Positions 46,919 to 56,400 of a stretch of DNA of 64,000 bases are shown here, piece by piece. The first letter of the stretch is position 1; each line of letters begins with the position of its first letter. A program made the position numbers and the translations under genes. The stretch comes from a virus (taxonomy: Duplodnaviria > Caudoviricetes). The stretch lies in the IMG/VR virus record IMGVR_UViG_3300021431_000111, positions 13,555 through 77,554 of that record. One strand, given 5' to 3'. A model generated the notes under the pieces. The model did no database searches, had not been told where the DNA came from, and saw only the letters and a list, made by a program, of their open reading frames with translations.

Positions 46919-47228
46919 ATCTAGTACCTTTCTGAACATCCGTGTCGAGGTGATAATTACCTACACAGCGGAATTCAAAATTGACATGAAACCGTTTCTC
47001 AATGTAGAACATCAATTCACTCTCATCGATTTCGGCATACATATCTTCGCCATCATACTCATCGTTATATTTATGTAATCTAGTAGCGATATCTGTAATG
47101 GTTAGATTCTTCTCTAAAAGCGGAAGAATGTCGAGTGAGTCAAGGAATTTAAACTCCTTTGTTCTTTCTTCCTCAATAGCTGCAAGGAACTTTTCAACAT
47201 CGCCGTCAAACATATCAATCGTTATCAT
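46878..47228 (-). CDS. Hypothetical protein
   Basis: AAGGAGG SD. Confidence 0.6.
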   Translation of the reverse strand: MITIDMFDGDVEKFLAAIEEERTKEFKFLDSLDILPLLEKNLTITDIATRLHKYNDEYDGEDMYAEIDESELMFYIEKRFHVNFEFRCVGNYHLDTDVQKGTRYDKNPVPDVSEME

Positions 47229-47360
47229 TTGATTCCTCCTTTATTATGTAAGTTTATGCCTTTCTCATTCTTTCTAAAGCGAGCTTTCACCGTCTTGTAC
47301 TTCGGAGGGCGCTATTCAGTTGTTAGTTGTCAGATGATTTTAGTAAATAAAATCGGTGTT

Positions 47361-47534
47361 TTATTTTTCACTATCCTCATCCTCTTCGAGCGGTATCATA
47401 TATGTAATTCTTGCTCCGCAATTTGTACAATGGAGTTCCTGCACGATACCTTCTTCTTCGTATCCATAATCGTCAAACGAGAAGTCGCAGTCCCATATTA
47501 CAGAACGTGTACCGCAATGAAAACATTCGTACAT
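47361..47534 (-). CDS. Small Zn-ribbon protein (57 aa, absent from ORF track)
   Basis: MYECFHCG…LHCTNCGA; GAGGTG SD. Confidence 0.65.
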   Translation of the reverse strand: MYECFHCGTRSVIWDCDFSFDDYGYEEEGIVQELHCTNCGARITYMIPLEEDEDSEK

Positions 47535-47741
47535 TTACACCTCATTTACATTCTCTTTGAACCATGCCTTCATTCGTTCCATCAGTTCGTCGTCCTCAAC
47601 GAAGAATGGGTCTCTTCCAGTTTCTGACATATACATTCTCATAATATTTGAGACGAGCTGTCCGAAACGCCAGTCTGGAACTTTGCTCCACAGCCCAGCT
47701 AAATCTTTGCAAAACAATGTTATTCTTTTTGGATCACGCAT
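47535..47741 (-). CDS. Hypothetical protein
   Basis: MRDPKRI…PDWRFGQL…FFVED; coupled to the nrdD stop. Confidence 0.7.
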   Translation of the reverse strand: MRDPKRITLFCKDLAGLWSKVPDWRFGQLVSNIMRMYMSETGRDPFFVEDDELMERMKAWFKENVNEV

Positions 47742-49942
47742 TATAAATGAAGCACCCTTTCTCTAATCTCCTGCGTCCTTCCTTGGTTCCAAAATTGCGA
47801 ACCAATATATCCGCATGTTCTTCTTGCAACATTCATCTTGTCTTGGTCTCTATTACCGCAATTTGGGCACTCCCAAATCAATCGTCCTGTTTCTTCTTCA
47901 TCAACGATTTGAATTTCACCATCGTATCCGCATACCTGACAGTAATCGCTTTTCGTGTTAAGCTCTGCATACATTATGTTTTCGTATATGTATTTCATTA
48001 CTTCCAGAACGGCTTCAATATTATTTTGCATGTCCGGAACTTCAACATACGAAATCGCACCACCAGGACTTAACTCTTGGAATTCTGCCTCAAGTTTTAG
48101 TTTTTCAAAAGCATTGATTGGTTGTGTAACGTGAACATGGTAGCTATTCGTTATGTAGTTTTTGTCAGTTACGCCTTCAATAATTCCAAATTTTTTCTGC
48201 AAGCATTTCGCAAACTTGTATGTCGTGGACTCAAGAGGGGTGCCATATAATGAATAGTCAATATTCTCTTCGGCTTTCCACTTAGCTGTAAAATCGTTTA
48301 GCTTCTTCATTATCCTTAAGCCAAGCTCTTTGCCCTTTTCTTCTGTAAGCTTTTTGCCAGATAATTTGTATACGCACTCCCATAATCCTGCATATCCAAG
48401 TGATATTGTTGAGTATCCGTTATACAGAAGTTTATCGATCACCTCTCCCTTCTCTAACCTAGCTAACGCGCCGTACTGCCAGTGTATTGGGGAAATGTCT
48501 GATGGAGTACCTAATAGTCTCTTGTGTCTTATTTGAAGCGCTCTATGGCATAACTCGCACCTCTCCTCTAATAACTTCCAAAAGTCCGACAAGTTGTTAA
48601 CTGAACAAGCAACGTCGACAAGGTTGATTGTGACGACACCTTGATTAAATCTTCCGTAATATCTGTGTACTCCGTCTGTATAGTTTTTTGCATTTGCGAT
48701 GTTGCCTATCCCAGCGTCGGTAAAACGATCTGGTGTTAAAAATGATCGACATCCCATGCAAGGGTATACATCTCCTTTGAGCTCCAACATTACTTTTTCT
48801 GATATGTAATCAGGAACCAATCTCTTGGCCGTACATTTTGCAGCTAACTGAGTTAAATACCAGTACGGAGAATCTTCAGTAATATTGTCTTTCTCGAGAA
48901 CGTATATCAGTTTTGGAAACGCCGGGGTAATCCATACTCCCTTTTCATTCTTCACTCCCTCGATTCTTTGTTTCAATACTTCTTGAATCACCAAAGCAAA
49001 GTCTTGTTTCGTTTTACTGTTTCCTACCTCTCCAAGATACATATAAACTGTCGTGAATGGGGTTTGGCCGTTAGACGTATTCAATGTATTGATTTGGTAT
49101 TGCAGTACTTGAATGCCGTCCTTAATCTCGTCCCTTACCCTGCTCTCAACAATTTTTGAAAGCTGGGCTTCCGTTACACTCAACACGCCTGCGTCTCTAA
49201 ACTCTTCTTTAACCTTCTCTCTTATACGCTGTCGAGAAATATCTACAAACGGAGCTAAGTGAGCAAGGCTAATACTCGATCCTCCATATTGTCCAGATGC
49301 AACAACTGCGATAATCTGTGTCGCAATTGTACATGCGGTTCTGAAAGAATGCGGTTTTTCAATCAGCGTCTTATTGATTACGGTTCCGTTTTGCAACATA
49401 TCGTCAAGGTTAATAAGACAACAGTTAAATATTCGTTCGATAAAGTAATCAGCATCATGGAAATGAATCTCGCCATTTTTATGTGCTTCTACAATATCTT
49501 TTGGAAGGAGAATGCGATTTGTAATATCTTTGCTTACCTCTCCAGCGATATAGTCTCTTTGCGTTGATGCAACTATCGCGTTCTTATTTGAGTTCTCGTC
49601 TTTAACCTCTTGGTTTTGCATGTCTACAAGAGACAAGATGCTATCATATGTTTTGCCAGTCTCTCTGGCGATTTGTCGCAGTTGTCTGAACTCGATGTAT
49701 TCTTTTGCAACATCTTTGTGACTAGATGCCATAAGTTTTCTTTCGATAATATCGTGAATTTCTTCAACACTCATCACATCGACATTCATTGCTTCAATAT
49801 CAGAAGCGATTTTTGAAGCAAATTCTTCTGCAGAAGCATCGACCTCTCGCAAATCCTTCCATGCTTTTAGAATGGCAGTTGTTATTTTTTGTTTATTAAA
49901 TTTGACGCTTTTGCCATTTCTTTTAATTACTTGTGTTACCAA
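47741..49942 (-). CDS. nrdD: Anaerobic (class III) ribonucleoside-triphosphate reductase with ATP cone
   Basis: VIKRNG ATP cone, HFHD, MGCRSFL, CQVC…CPNC Zn site, RRTCGYIG glycyl-radical motif. Confidence 0.97.
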   Translation of the reverse strand: MVTQVIKRNGKSVKFNKQKITTAILKAWKDLREVDASAEEFASKIASDIEAMNVDVMSVEEIHDIIERKLMASSHKDVAKEYIEFRQLRQIARETGKTYDSILSLVDMQNQEVKDENSNKNAIVASTQRDYIAGEVSKDITNRILLPKDIVEAHKNGEIHFHDADYFIERIFNCCLINLDDMLQNGTVINKTLIEKPHSFRTACTIATQIIAVVASGQYGGSSISLAHLAPFVDISRQRIREKVKEEFRDAGVLSVTEAQLSKIVESRVRDEIKDGIQVLQYQINTLNTSNGQTPFTTVYMYLGEVGNSKTKQDFALVIQEVLKQRIEGVKNEKGVWITPAFPKLIYVLEKDNITEDSPYWYLTQLAAKCTAKRLVPDYISEKVMLELKGDVYPCMGCRSFLTPDRFTDAGIGNIANAKNYTDGVHRYYGRFNQGVVTINLVDVACSVNNLSDFWKLLEERCELCHRALQIRHKRLLGTPSDISPIHWQYGALARLEKGEVIDKLLYNGYSTISLGYAGLWECVYKLSGKKLTEEKGKELGLRIMKKLNDFTAKWKAEENIDYSLYGTPLESTTYKFAKCLQKKFGIIEGVTDKNYITNSYHVHVTQPINAFEKLKLEAEFQELSPGGAISYVEVPDMQNNIEAVLEVMKYIYENIMYAELNTKSDYCQVCGYDGEIQIVDEEETGRLIWECPNCGNRDQDKMNVARRTCGYIGSQFWNQGRTQEIRERVLHL

Positions 49943-49956
49943 TTAATCTCTCCTCT

Positions 49957-50364
49957 CTACATCTGATATCTTTTATACGAGAAGTTTTTGTCGTAGTACG
50001 GATAAAACGGTTCTGCTTCTCTCGGGTTGTGTTTTACATCCCTGTAATCAACTGCAAGTGCTAAAGCCCGCCTTACATCAATCTTGAGGTCATTTATAAT
50101 AAAATCATTTACCTCTCGATGAAGATTTCTTACTACCTCGTAGTAATCACCAAGAATTGACTTATATGTATTTGTCACCTTGTCGTACACTCGAATGACC
50201 CCAACCCATAAAGCTCCTGACCCATCTGAATATGGGATAATACCGGAACTATATTGGCGTAAATATATTCGTCCAAGAAAAGCATCGTCTTGTTCCAATT
50301 CGTTATTAAGTTGTTTTACATATTGATTAATTTTCTTTTGTTGTTTTTTAAATAACTTCTTCAA
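49957..50364 (-). CDS. Hypothetical protein
   Basis: 135-aa co-oriented ORF. Confidence 0.65.
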   Translation of the reverse strand: MKKLFKKQQKKINQYVKQLNNELEQDDAFLGRIYLRQYSSGIIPYSDGSGALWVGVIRVYDKVTNTYKSILGDYYEVVRNLHREVNDFIINDLKIDVRRALALAVDYRDVKHNPREAEPFYPYYDKNFSYKRYQM

Positions 50365-50989
50365 GCGTCACATCCTCTCCAATGATTTCATCAATAACGC
50401 CAAGCTTTTTAGCCTCTTCTGCAAAGAAGTACCATTCTTCTCTGGACTTCTTTGTGTATGTTGAAGAAGCAATTAAAGAATGATCTAAAACGATTTTCTT
50501 CATACGCTTCTGTAATTGGGTGTCGAACTTCAAGAAGTCATGAACTTTGTTTGACGAATCCCCAATTACTGTTGTTCCGTCATGAATCAAAAAAGAAGCA
50601 TTGCTCGTTGCATACCTCTTATCTCCGACCATTCCTATAATTGTTGCCATACTGTACCAATGAGAGATATTGAACGTATGAACCGGGGTCGCACTATTCT
50701 TGATAACATCAATAATCGAAAATCCGCTAAACACGTCTCCGCCATCAGATGAGATGATTAGTTTAATCGGCTCTCTATCTTCAACGCGGATACCAACATC
50801 ATCTAAATTTATTCGCAAGATTGAATGAACAACTGCGTTAGCAACTTCGTCATCAATCACTGCATTTATCGTAATGATGCGGTTTTGCATTTGTTGAAGA
50901 AAGAAATACTCATCCAAGTCTACATTCACGGAAAGTGTGTTAGGTTCGAAATTGACTGGTTTAAAAAGTTCCAATGTGTCTGTCTGCAT
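50348..50989 (-). CDS. clpP: ClpP-like (peptidase S14) protein
   Basis: ISSDGGDV, YSMA (Ser), FLIHD (His), EEWYFFAEEAKKLGVIDEI. Confidence 0.85.
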   Translation of the reverse strand: MQTDTLELFKPVNFEPNTLSVNVDLDEYFFLQQMQNRIITINAVIDDEVANAVVHSILRINLDDVGIRVEDREPIKLIISSDGGDVFSGFSIIDVIKNSATPVHTFNISHWYSMATIIGMVGDKRYATSNASFLIHDGTTVIGDSSNKVHDFLKFDTQLQKRMKKIVLDHSLIASSTYTKKSREEWYFFAEEAKKLGVIDEIIGEDVTLEEVI

Positions 50990-51101
50990 AATTTCTCCTT
51001 CTTTTTAATTTGGTTTGTGATAATCTTTTTCATCGCCTCCTTGCAATTATGTATTCATATCAATGCGATCATCTGCTGCAGCATATTAGAGTCTCGCAGG
51101 A

Positions 51102-51173
51102 CTACCCCAGTTGGACTCGAACCAACGAATGACGGCGTCAAAGGCCGTTGCCTTACCGCTTGGCTATGGGGCA
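51102..51173 (-). tRNA. tRNA-Gln (UUG), CCA not encoded
   Basis: Cloverleaf: anticodon arm ACGGC-CTTTGAC-GCCGT, T arm GTTGG-TTCGAGT-CCAAC. Confidence 0.93.
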
Positions 51174-51177
51174 AGAG

Positions 51178-51330
51178 TGACAAATAAAGTTTACTCGGCT
51201 TTCGCTTTGCTCTTTCCGATAGGAGCGACCTATCACTATAGAGAAAATTCCAACGCATTTATATAGTCGACTTCAAAACTGCGTTCACTATCGAAGATTC
51301 CTTTTCGTAAGGAATGAGCCTTATTTGTCA
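51178..51330 (-). ncRNA. Candidate structured RNA between tRNA-Asn and tRNA-Gln
   Basis: Perfect 10-bp closing inverted repeat plus three internal stems. Confidence 0.45.
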
Positions 51331-51333
51331 AAG

Positions 51334-51405
51334 CGGTTCTTGTAGGACTCGAACCTACAACCTATCGGTTAACAGCCGATTGCTCTACCATTGAGCTAAA
51401 GAACC
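51334..51405 (-). tRNA. tRNA-Asn (GUU), CCA not encoded
   Basis: GGTTCTT/AAGAACC acceptor stem, ATCGG-CTGTTAA-CCGAT anticodon arm. Confidence 0.95.
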
Positions 51406-51408
51406 CTA

Positions 51409-51482
51409 TGGATCTCCCAGGACTCGAACCTGGAACCTCTCGGTTATGAGCCGAATGCTCTCACCAATTGAGCTAAAGATCC
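51409..51482 (-). tRNA. tRNA with CAU anticodon, probably Ile2 (lysidine) rather than Met
   Basis: GGATCTTTAGCTCAATTGG…CGGCTCATAACCG; resembles the Firmicute Ile2 pattern as I recall it. Confidence 0.88.
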
Positions 51483-51631
51483 GAACTGTGATTGTAGGAA
51501 TGCCATTATCATTCCCGCGTCTTTTGTGGCAATCACAGAAACCACGCAGCGCCACCGGTGGGTCGCCCCCTCATGTCGACTAGACATCACCCTTTCATGC
51601 TTTGCCATTCCATGGATGTCGACTTGGACTT

Positions 51632-51694
51632 TGCTGAATGGTAGGAATCGAACCTACGAAACCGCTGTGCGGATACCAACTTTCTCATTCAGCA
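51632..51694 (-). ncRNA. tRNA-like element lacking a canonical anticodon arm
   Basis: 9-bp terminal stem TGCTGAATG/CATTCAGCA, perfect T arm GTAGG-TTCGATT-CCTAC, only a CCGC-ACA-GCGG mini-hairpin internally. Confidence 0.6.
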
Positions 51695-51813
51695 CACATT
51701 AAAGTCGAAAAACAATTGATTGATGCTCCACAGCCCGCCTATGAAGCATCTCGTTTTGGTTTAACGTCTAGAGCGGGACTGGACGGCATTCTCCAAAACC
51801 AGGAAAGGAGATA

Positions 51814-52650
51814 TCATAGTTTTGTAAACATCTTTAAAACCACGTTAATAAGTAAATTAAGTATGTTGATAAATTTGCTATTTGGCGGTACGTAAATATT
51901 TTTAATGTTATCTGTTACGCCATATGCTTCAAAAAAAATATTGTCAAAAGACTTTTTTATCGGGATTCGGAACAGCCCGTTATCTCCCCAAAATCTTCCC
52001 CACGAATTTTGTACTATCCAGTTTTCTTTATCCCACCCTATTATTACTACCGCATGTGGTTTATAAGTATCATCTTTTTTGTACGTATATATATTTTTAA
52101 CAAGCTTGTAATTATCAAACCAATACATGCCTGCAATCACAGGGCCGTCGTTAAGGATTGAATACTTTAGTTCGTTTTCATCTTTAATCTTATAATAACT
52201 ACTTATCCTATTTTCATATGCCTGAGACAGTACTTCGCTACTAGCACTCAGCACAAGCTTTTTAGACTCATCATAATCATGATTGCCCGGCATTATATGG
52301 TGAGCGACATCTCCATAATTACTTGCGACCTTAAGGGCATCCCTAATTTTCATACCCTCTCCAATATAATTTTTATCATCAGATACTTGGTCTCTAAATC
52401 CATATAAAAATGTTGTACTCATTTTTTTATAAATGCCAGTATCGTTTTGATAATGATACTCAATGAGGGTAGCTAGAGACTGTACGGTACAAGTACCGGT
52501 GTTTCCCTGATCCTTTACGTGCTTAATATCTATCTGGTAAGTCTCTGGAAGGACAATATCAATGGAGTTGACAGTTTTTGATAACCTATAATCCCTCAGA
52601 TCATATGACGATGGTATGGCTCCGAATCCGTAATTATTAAGTTCTTCCAT
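51814..52650 (-). CDS. Papain-like (C1) cysteine peptidase
   Basis: QGNTGTC (oxyanion Gln, catalytic Cys), HAVVIIGW (His), QNSWG (Asn). Confidence 0.92.
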   Translation of the reverse strand: MEELNNYGFGAIPSSYDLRDYRLSKTVNSIDIVLPETYQIDIKHVKDQGNTGTCTVQSLATLIEYHYQNDTGIYKKMSTTFLYGFRDQVSDDKNYIGEGMKIRDALKVASNYGDVAHHIMPGNHDYDESKKLVLSASSEVLSQAYENRISSYYKIKDENELKYSILNDGPVIAGMYWFDNYKLVKNIYTYKKDDTYKPHAVVIIGWDKENWIVQNSWGRFWGDNGLFRIPIKKSFDNIFFEAYGVTDNIKNIYVPPNSKFINILNLLINVVLKMFTKL

Positions 52651-52678
52651 AGATTCTCCTTATTGTTTTCTTGTATTC

Positions 52679-52708
52679 ATATTAACATAAAAAACAACAT
52701 TGTGTCAA
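52679..52708 (-). promoter_or_regulatory. SigA/sigma70-type promoter for the C1 peptidase gene
   Basis: TTGACA-18 nt-TAATAT with extended TG, 28 nt upstream of the ATG. Confidence 0.65.
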
Positions 52709-52726
52709 CACATATTTGCAATGTTT

Positions 52727-53038
52727 TTATTCTTTTCTTCCGTCTCTTTCGCGATTCTGTATCGAACTGCAATATATTTTGTCATCTGCTTCTCCTTTCC
52801 ACGTCTCTGGAAGTGGTTGCCATGCAAGTACATCCTCATAAGTTTGAAAATCAGATTTTCCAACATTGCCATCCCACCATATCTTTTCTTTTTTAAGTCC
52901 CATCAAGTCCGAGTAATTGACGATATAAACCCTGTTCCACAAACTACCGCAAGCGTTTAATCCTCTTGTTACAAGATACCGCCCGTTTTCTTGTGGCAAC
53001 CTCTCGCTGCACAGGATCCATTGGTTTGCGGATGGCAA
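52727..53038 (-). CDS. DUF551-like protein (possibly frameshifted at the 5' end)
   Basis: WILCSERLPQ…VLAWQPLPE signature. Confidence 0.7.
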   Translation of the reverse strand: MPSANQWILCSERLPQENGRYLVTRGLNACGSLWNRVYIVNYSDLMGLKKEKIWWDGNVGKSDFQTYEDVLAWQPLPETWKGEADDKIYCSSIQNRERDGRKE

Positions 53039-53092
53039 ATTGCCGACAAATGATAGTTTCCTGCTGTGTCATAGTATCGGTCGTATACTTGC

Positions 53093-53416
53093 TCAATCAT
53101 TTCCGTCACACATCCTCGCACCGCAGTTGGGACAGTAGTTTGTTTCAAGGTTCGGTTCAAAACATTCGGAGCAAACAACCTTTCCATCTTGGATTATCCA
53201 CCCCCCATGCTTGCGCTCAAGGATTTTTCTGTACTCACTTTCAGCATCCGTCCAACCGTGTTCGTATGCCATTTCATATTGCTCAAGTGATTCGATTGCG
53301 ATATCGAATGCTTTGCTTACATCATCTATATCCCATATAGGATTGCCGCTTGTGAGGTAATTTCGAAACCCGACTAATAGTTGGATCGCTCTTTCTTTAT
53401 CAATATTTTTGTCCAT
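53093..53416 (-). CDS. Hypothetical protein with C-terminal Zn ribbon
   Basis: HGGWI…CSEC…YCPNCGARM. Confidence 0.7.
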   Translation of the reverse strand: MDKNIDKERAIQLLVGFRNYLTSGNPIWDIDDVSKAFDIAIESLEQYEMAYEHGWTDAESEYRKILERKHGGWIIQDGKVVCSECFEPNLETNYCPNCGARMCDGND

Positions 53417-53425
53417 AATTACTCC

Positions 53426-56400
53426 TTAAGTAATCTTGCTGTATTCTTTCATTGTAAAAAACGCACCTTCTCTTGAAAACGATTTGCAGTATACAATGTC
53501 GCCTTTACTCACCGGAATCAAATTATACATACTATTGAATACGGTAAACCTACTTTCAACTCCGCTACCTATCGATTTTGTGTAAAACGAATAGCCAAAT
53601 TGCTTGCCGTCCTTTTTTCTTTTTAACGGTTTTAAATCTGTAATAAACAATTTTCGTCGATCCTCTTCTTTGCCTGTGGTATATCCGACATATCCAGCAA
53701 CCTCTTCAAAGTTTTTTACTTTTTCAGTTAGAGAGAGGTCTTCCATATTTGCCTTTTTGACACATGCTTCCATCTCTTTGAGAATCATATCCATATCAAT
53801 TATTTTGTATGAGGCAGACGGCGACCCATCCTTGTTTCTGTCAGAAGAATACTTCTGAATAATTTCTGCTATTGGACTCTCGTCAGCTTTGTCCCGTTTA
53901 ATTTGTTTTGCCTCGCCTTTCTTCAGAAGATTGAAAAACAAATCAACAATATATAATAGCTCTCTCTGGTTACCAAACTCGCTAAAGAAATCTATCTTGA
54001 TGAGAATGTCTAACTGTCTAGTGTCAATTACCGCCTCTGATGTCAGCATCTTAATAACATCGACAAAATTTTTAAACTTATATTTATTAGCAATGTCATA
54101 AAGCGCATTCGTTGTTTTCTTGCTCATATACTTTATCGACGATAATCCTTTTGCTATCACGTTTGTCTCTTTGTCGTAATAATATTCACTCTTTGAATAA
54201 CCCCATTTCGGCATCGTGATCCTTATATTGGCTAGTTTTGCATACTCTGTTCCGGCTCTAATGTCATCGTCGTTCGCTGCATTATTCAAATAAGACGTAA
54301 TGAACTCTAGCGGATAATAATATCTGTAATATCCACATAGATAACTAATCAAACAATATGCTATAGAATGATTGTAGCCAAACTGATAACTAGCGCTGTC
54401 TTCGATAACTTGCAAGAACTCTTTCGCCTCTTGTTCGGATTCCTCCCTTGGTTTATCTGACTTGCTACAATAACCATTCAATATATCTGGCAACGCTGCT
54501 TCTAGTCTGTCTAGCTGTTTTCTACCAATTGCGCGCCTTACATTATCAGCCTCACTTCCAGTAAGCCCACATATTTGTTGAAGGAATGCAATTGTTTGCT
54601 CTTGATACACCAAGAACCCAAGTGAGTCGCTAAGTAATTCATCAATCATTGATGACGGATTCTTGTGAGTCTTTCTGGCTAATAATTCATCTCTATACGA
54701 AGCTCCTGTAGGACGAATGCTTGCTGTGACAAGAGACAAATCAAATATATTCTTCGGCCTAAAACGTCTCAGGCTATCAAATGCGAACGAGCTTTCAAAC
54801 TGAAATATTGCTGCAGGACTCTTTGTCAGATTCTCCCATACGTCCTGATCATTCCAGTCTATCTCGTGTGTATTCGGGTAACTCGTGCCGAGATATTTGC
54901 ACGTATCTCTTAATACTTGTAGAGTTTTGAGAATCAAGAAATCATATTTAACCAATCCTATTTCGTGAACCTCTTCCATATCAAGCATTAAACATTGCTC
55001 TCCCTCTTTATTGAATTGACCATAATTGTCATTCAAAGTAATAGGGCTAATAATAATTCCAGCTGGGTGGATTGACTGCGAAATAACAGTTCCAAGCAAG
55101 CCGTCAAAGAAATAAAACAGTGTCTTGTTAGCTAAACGTGTAGACTCCGGATTCTCTTCGTAGTCCTTCTTAATCTTGGCAATATTATTTAGCGAAAAAG
55201 GATTATCAATTCCTGGATTCTGCTCTTTATATTTATCGTCCCATTCGAGAGCGAGCGCTCTGCCGATTTCATCTATAGTCGCTTTCTCTTGAAGTGTTCC
55301 AAACGCTGCGACTCTTGCCGTTTTATTAGTCCCGAATCTTTCAACTATGTATTTAAAAATGGCAGGCCTGTCCGATTCAATGCAGTCAATATCAATATCT
55401 CCGAGCTCTTCCCTGTCCTCATTACAGAATCTAGAAAAGACTGTGTGCCACGTCTCTGGGTTTAAGTCAATGATGTCTGAAACATACGCAACTCTGGAAC
55501 CGCCAACAGAACCTCTAGCCGTACCGATAGTCATACCGTTCTCTTTGCACCAGCATATGATTTCTGACTGCGCTAACATAAATCCATCCATATTCAATTT
55601 ATGAAATACACGCATCTCGTCATCAATTGCATCTCTGAACGCATCAATTTGCTCTGGCGGAATTACCCCCTTGTCGCATTTTTCTTTAAACTTTCTCTCG
55701 ACAGTCTCATTGAATATCCGAGTGTCCTCTTCTTGTGATCCGTATAAAATTGGATATTTGAACGATAAATCCAACTCTAAATCTTCAGTCATATCGTACA
55801 AGAGGTTTGTATTGTCGAGCGCCTTGACGCATTTATCCAATGGAATTGCGTCTTGCACCTTAAACATTTCGACGAGTTCATCATATGTTTTGAACGAAAG
55901 GTCAAATGCGTCCTCATCGCCATATGATTTGTGCTTCGCCTTTAGTAATACCGCTCTGCATTCTGCTTTGTATTTTGACGAGCTATGGGTATCTGTCCCT
56001 ACAATCAACGGCTTATTGTATTGTTTTGATAAATCGAACAGGCGCTTGTTAAAAACAATCTGGTCTGGATGATTGTGTGGTTGAATCTCTAAAAATGTAT
56101 ATTTCTGTACAAGCTTCTCGTAATAAGGGTTCTCTAACGAGATTTTATTTAACGGAGAAGCAAGGCAAGCGCTCGTTGAAATTATATTATCCGATATATT
56201 CAGGAACTCATCAAAACTTAATCTGTTAGTGTAATAAAAATGTTCCTCGTCGCACGACATTGATACAAGTGAATTGAGTTCTTTTACACCGTCCATATTC
56301 TTTGCTATCAGTACGGTATGATAATTATCTCTTACCTTTGGCTCAAGCTGTTCTGTAAGATATATTTCTACTGAGTACATATAACGAATTCCGGCCTCTT

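Noticed and set aside
50927-51034. 35-aa ORF with a strong SD overlapping the clpP start
   Set aside because: No recognisable features; its 5' part doubles as the clpP ribosome-binding region, so it cannot be supported from sequence alone.
51050-51101. Theta/HDV-like ribozyme at the tRNA-Gln 3' end
   Set aside because: No P1 partner or P3/L3 arrangement found; only a TGCGA/TCGCA stem and a palindrome.
51178-51330. Group I intron core (P3/P7/P9-like order of stems)
   Set aside because: The GACTA partner is TAGTG rather than TAGTC, so the guanosine site is missing; there is no P4-P6 domain and no interrupted gene.
51500-51640. RNase P RNA-like words (AAAGTCC, TGAAAGGGTG, GGGGGCGACCC, TGCCACAAAA)
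   Set aside because: The motifs are not in RNase P order and the 3' conserved regions are absent; kept only as an unidentified structured block.
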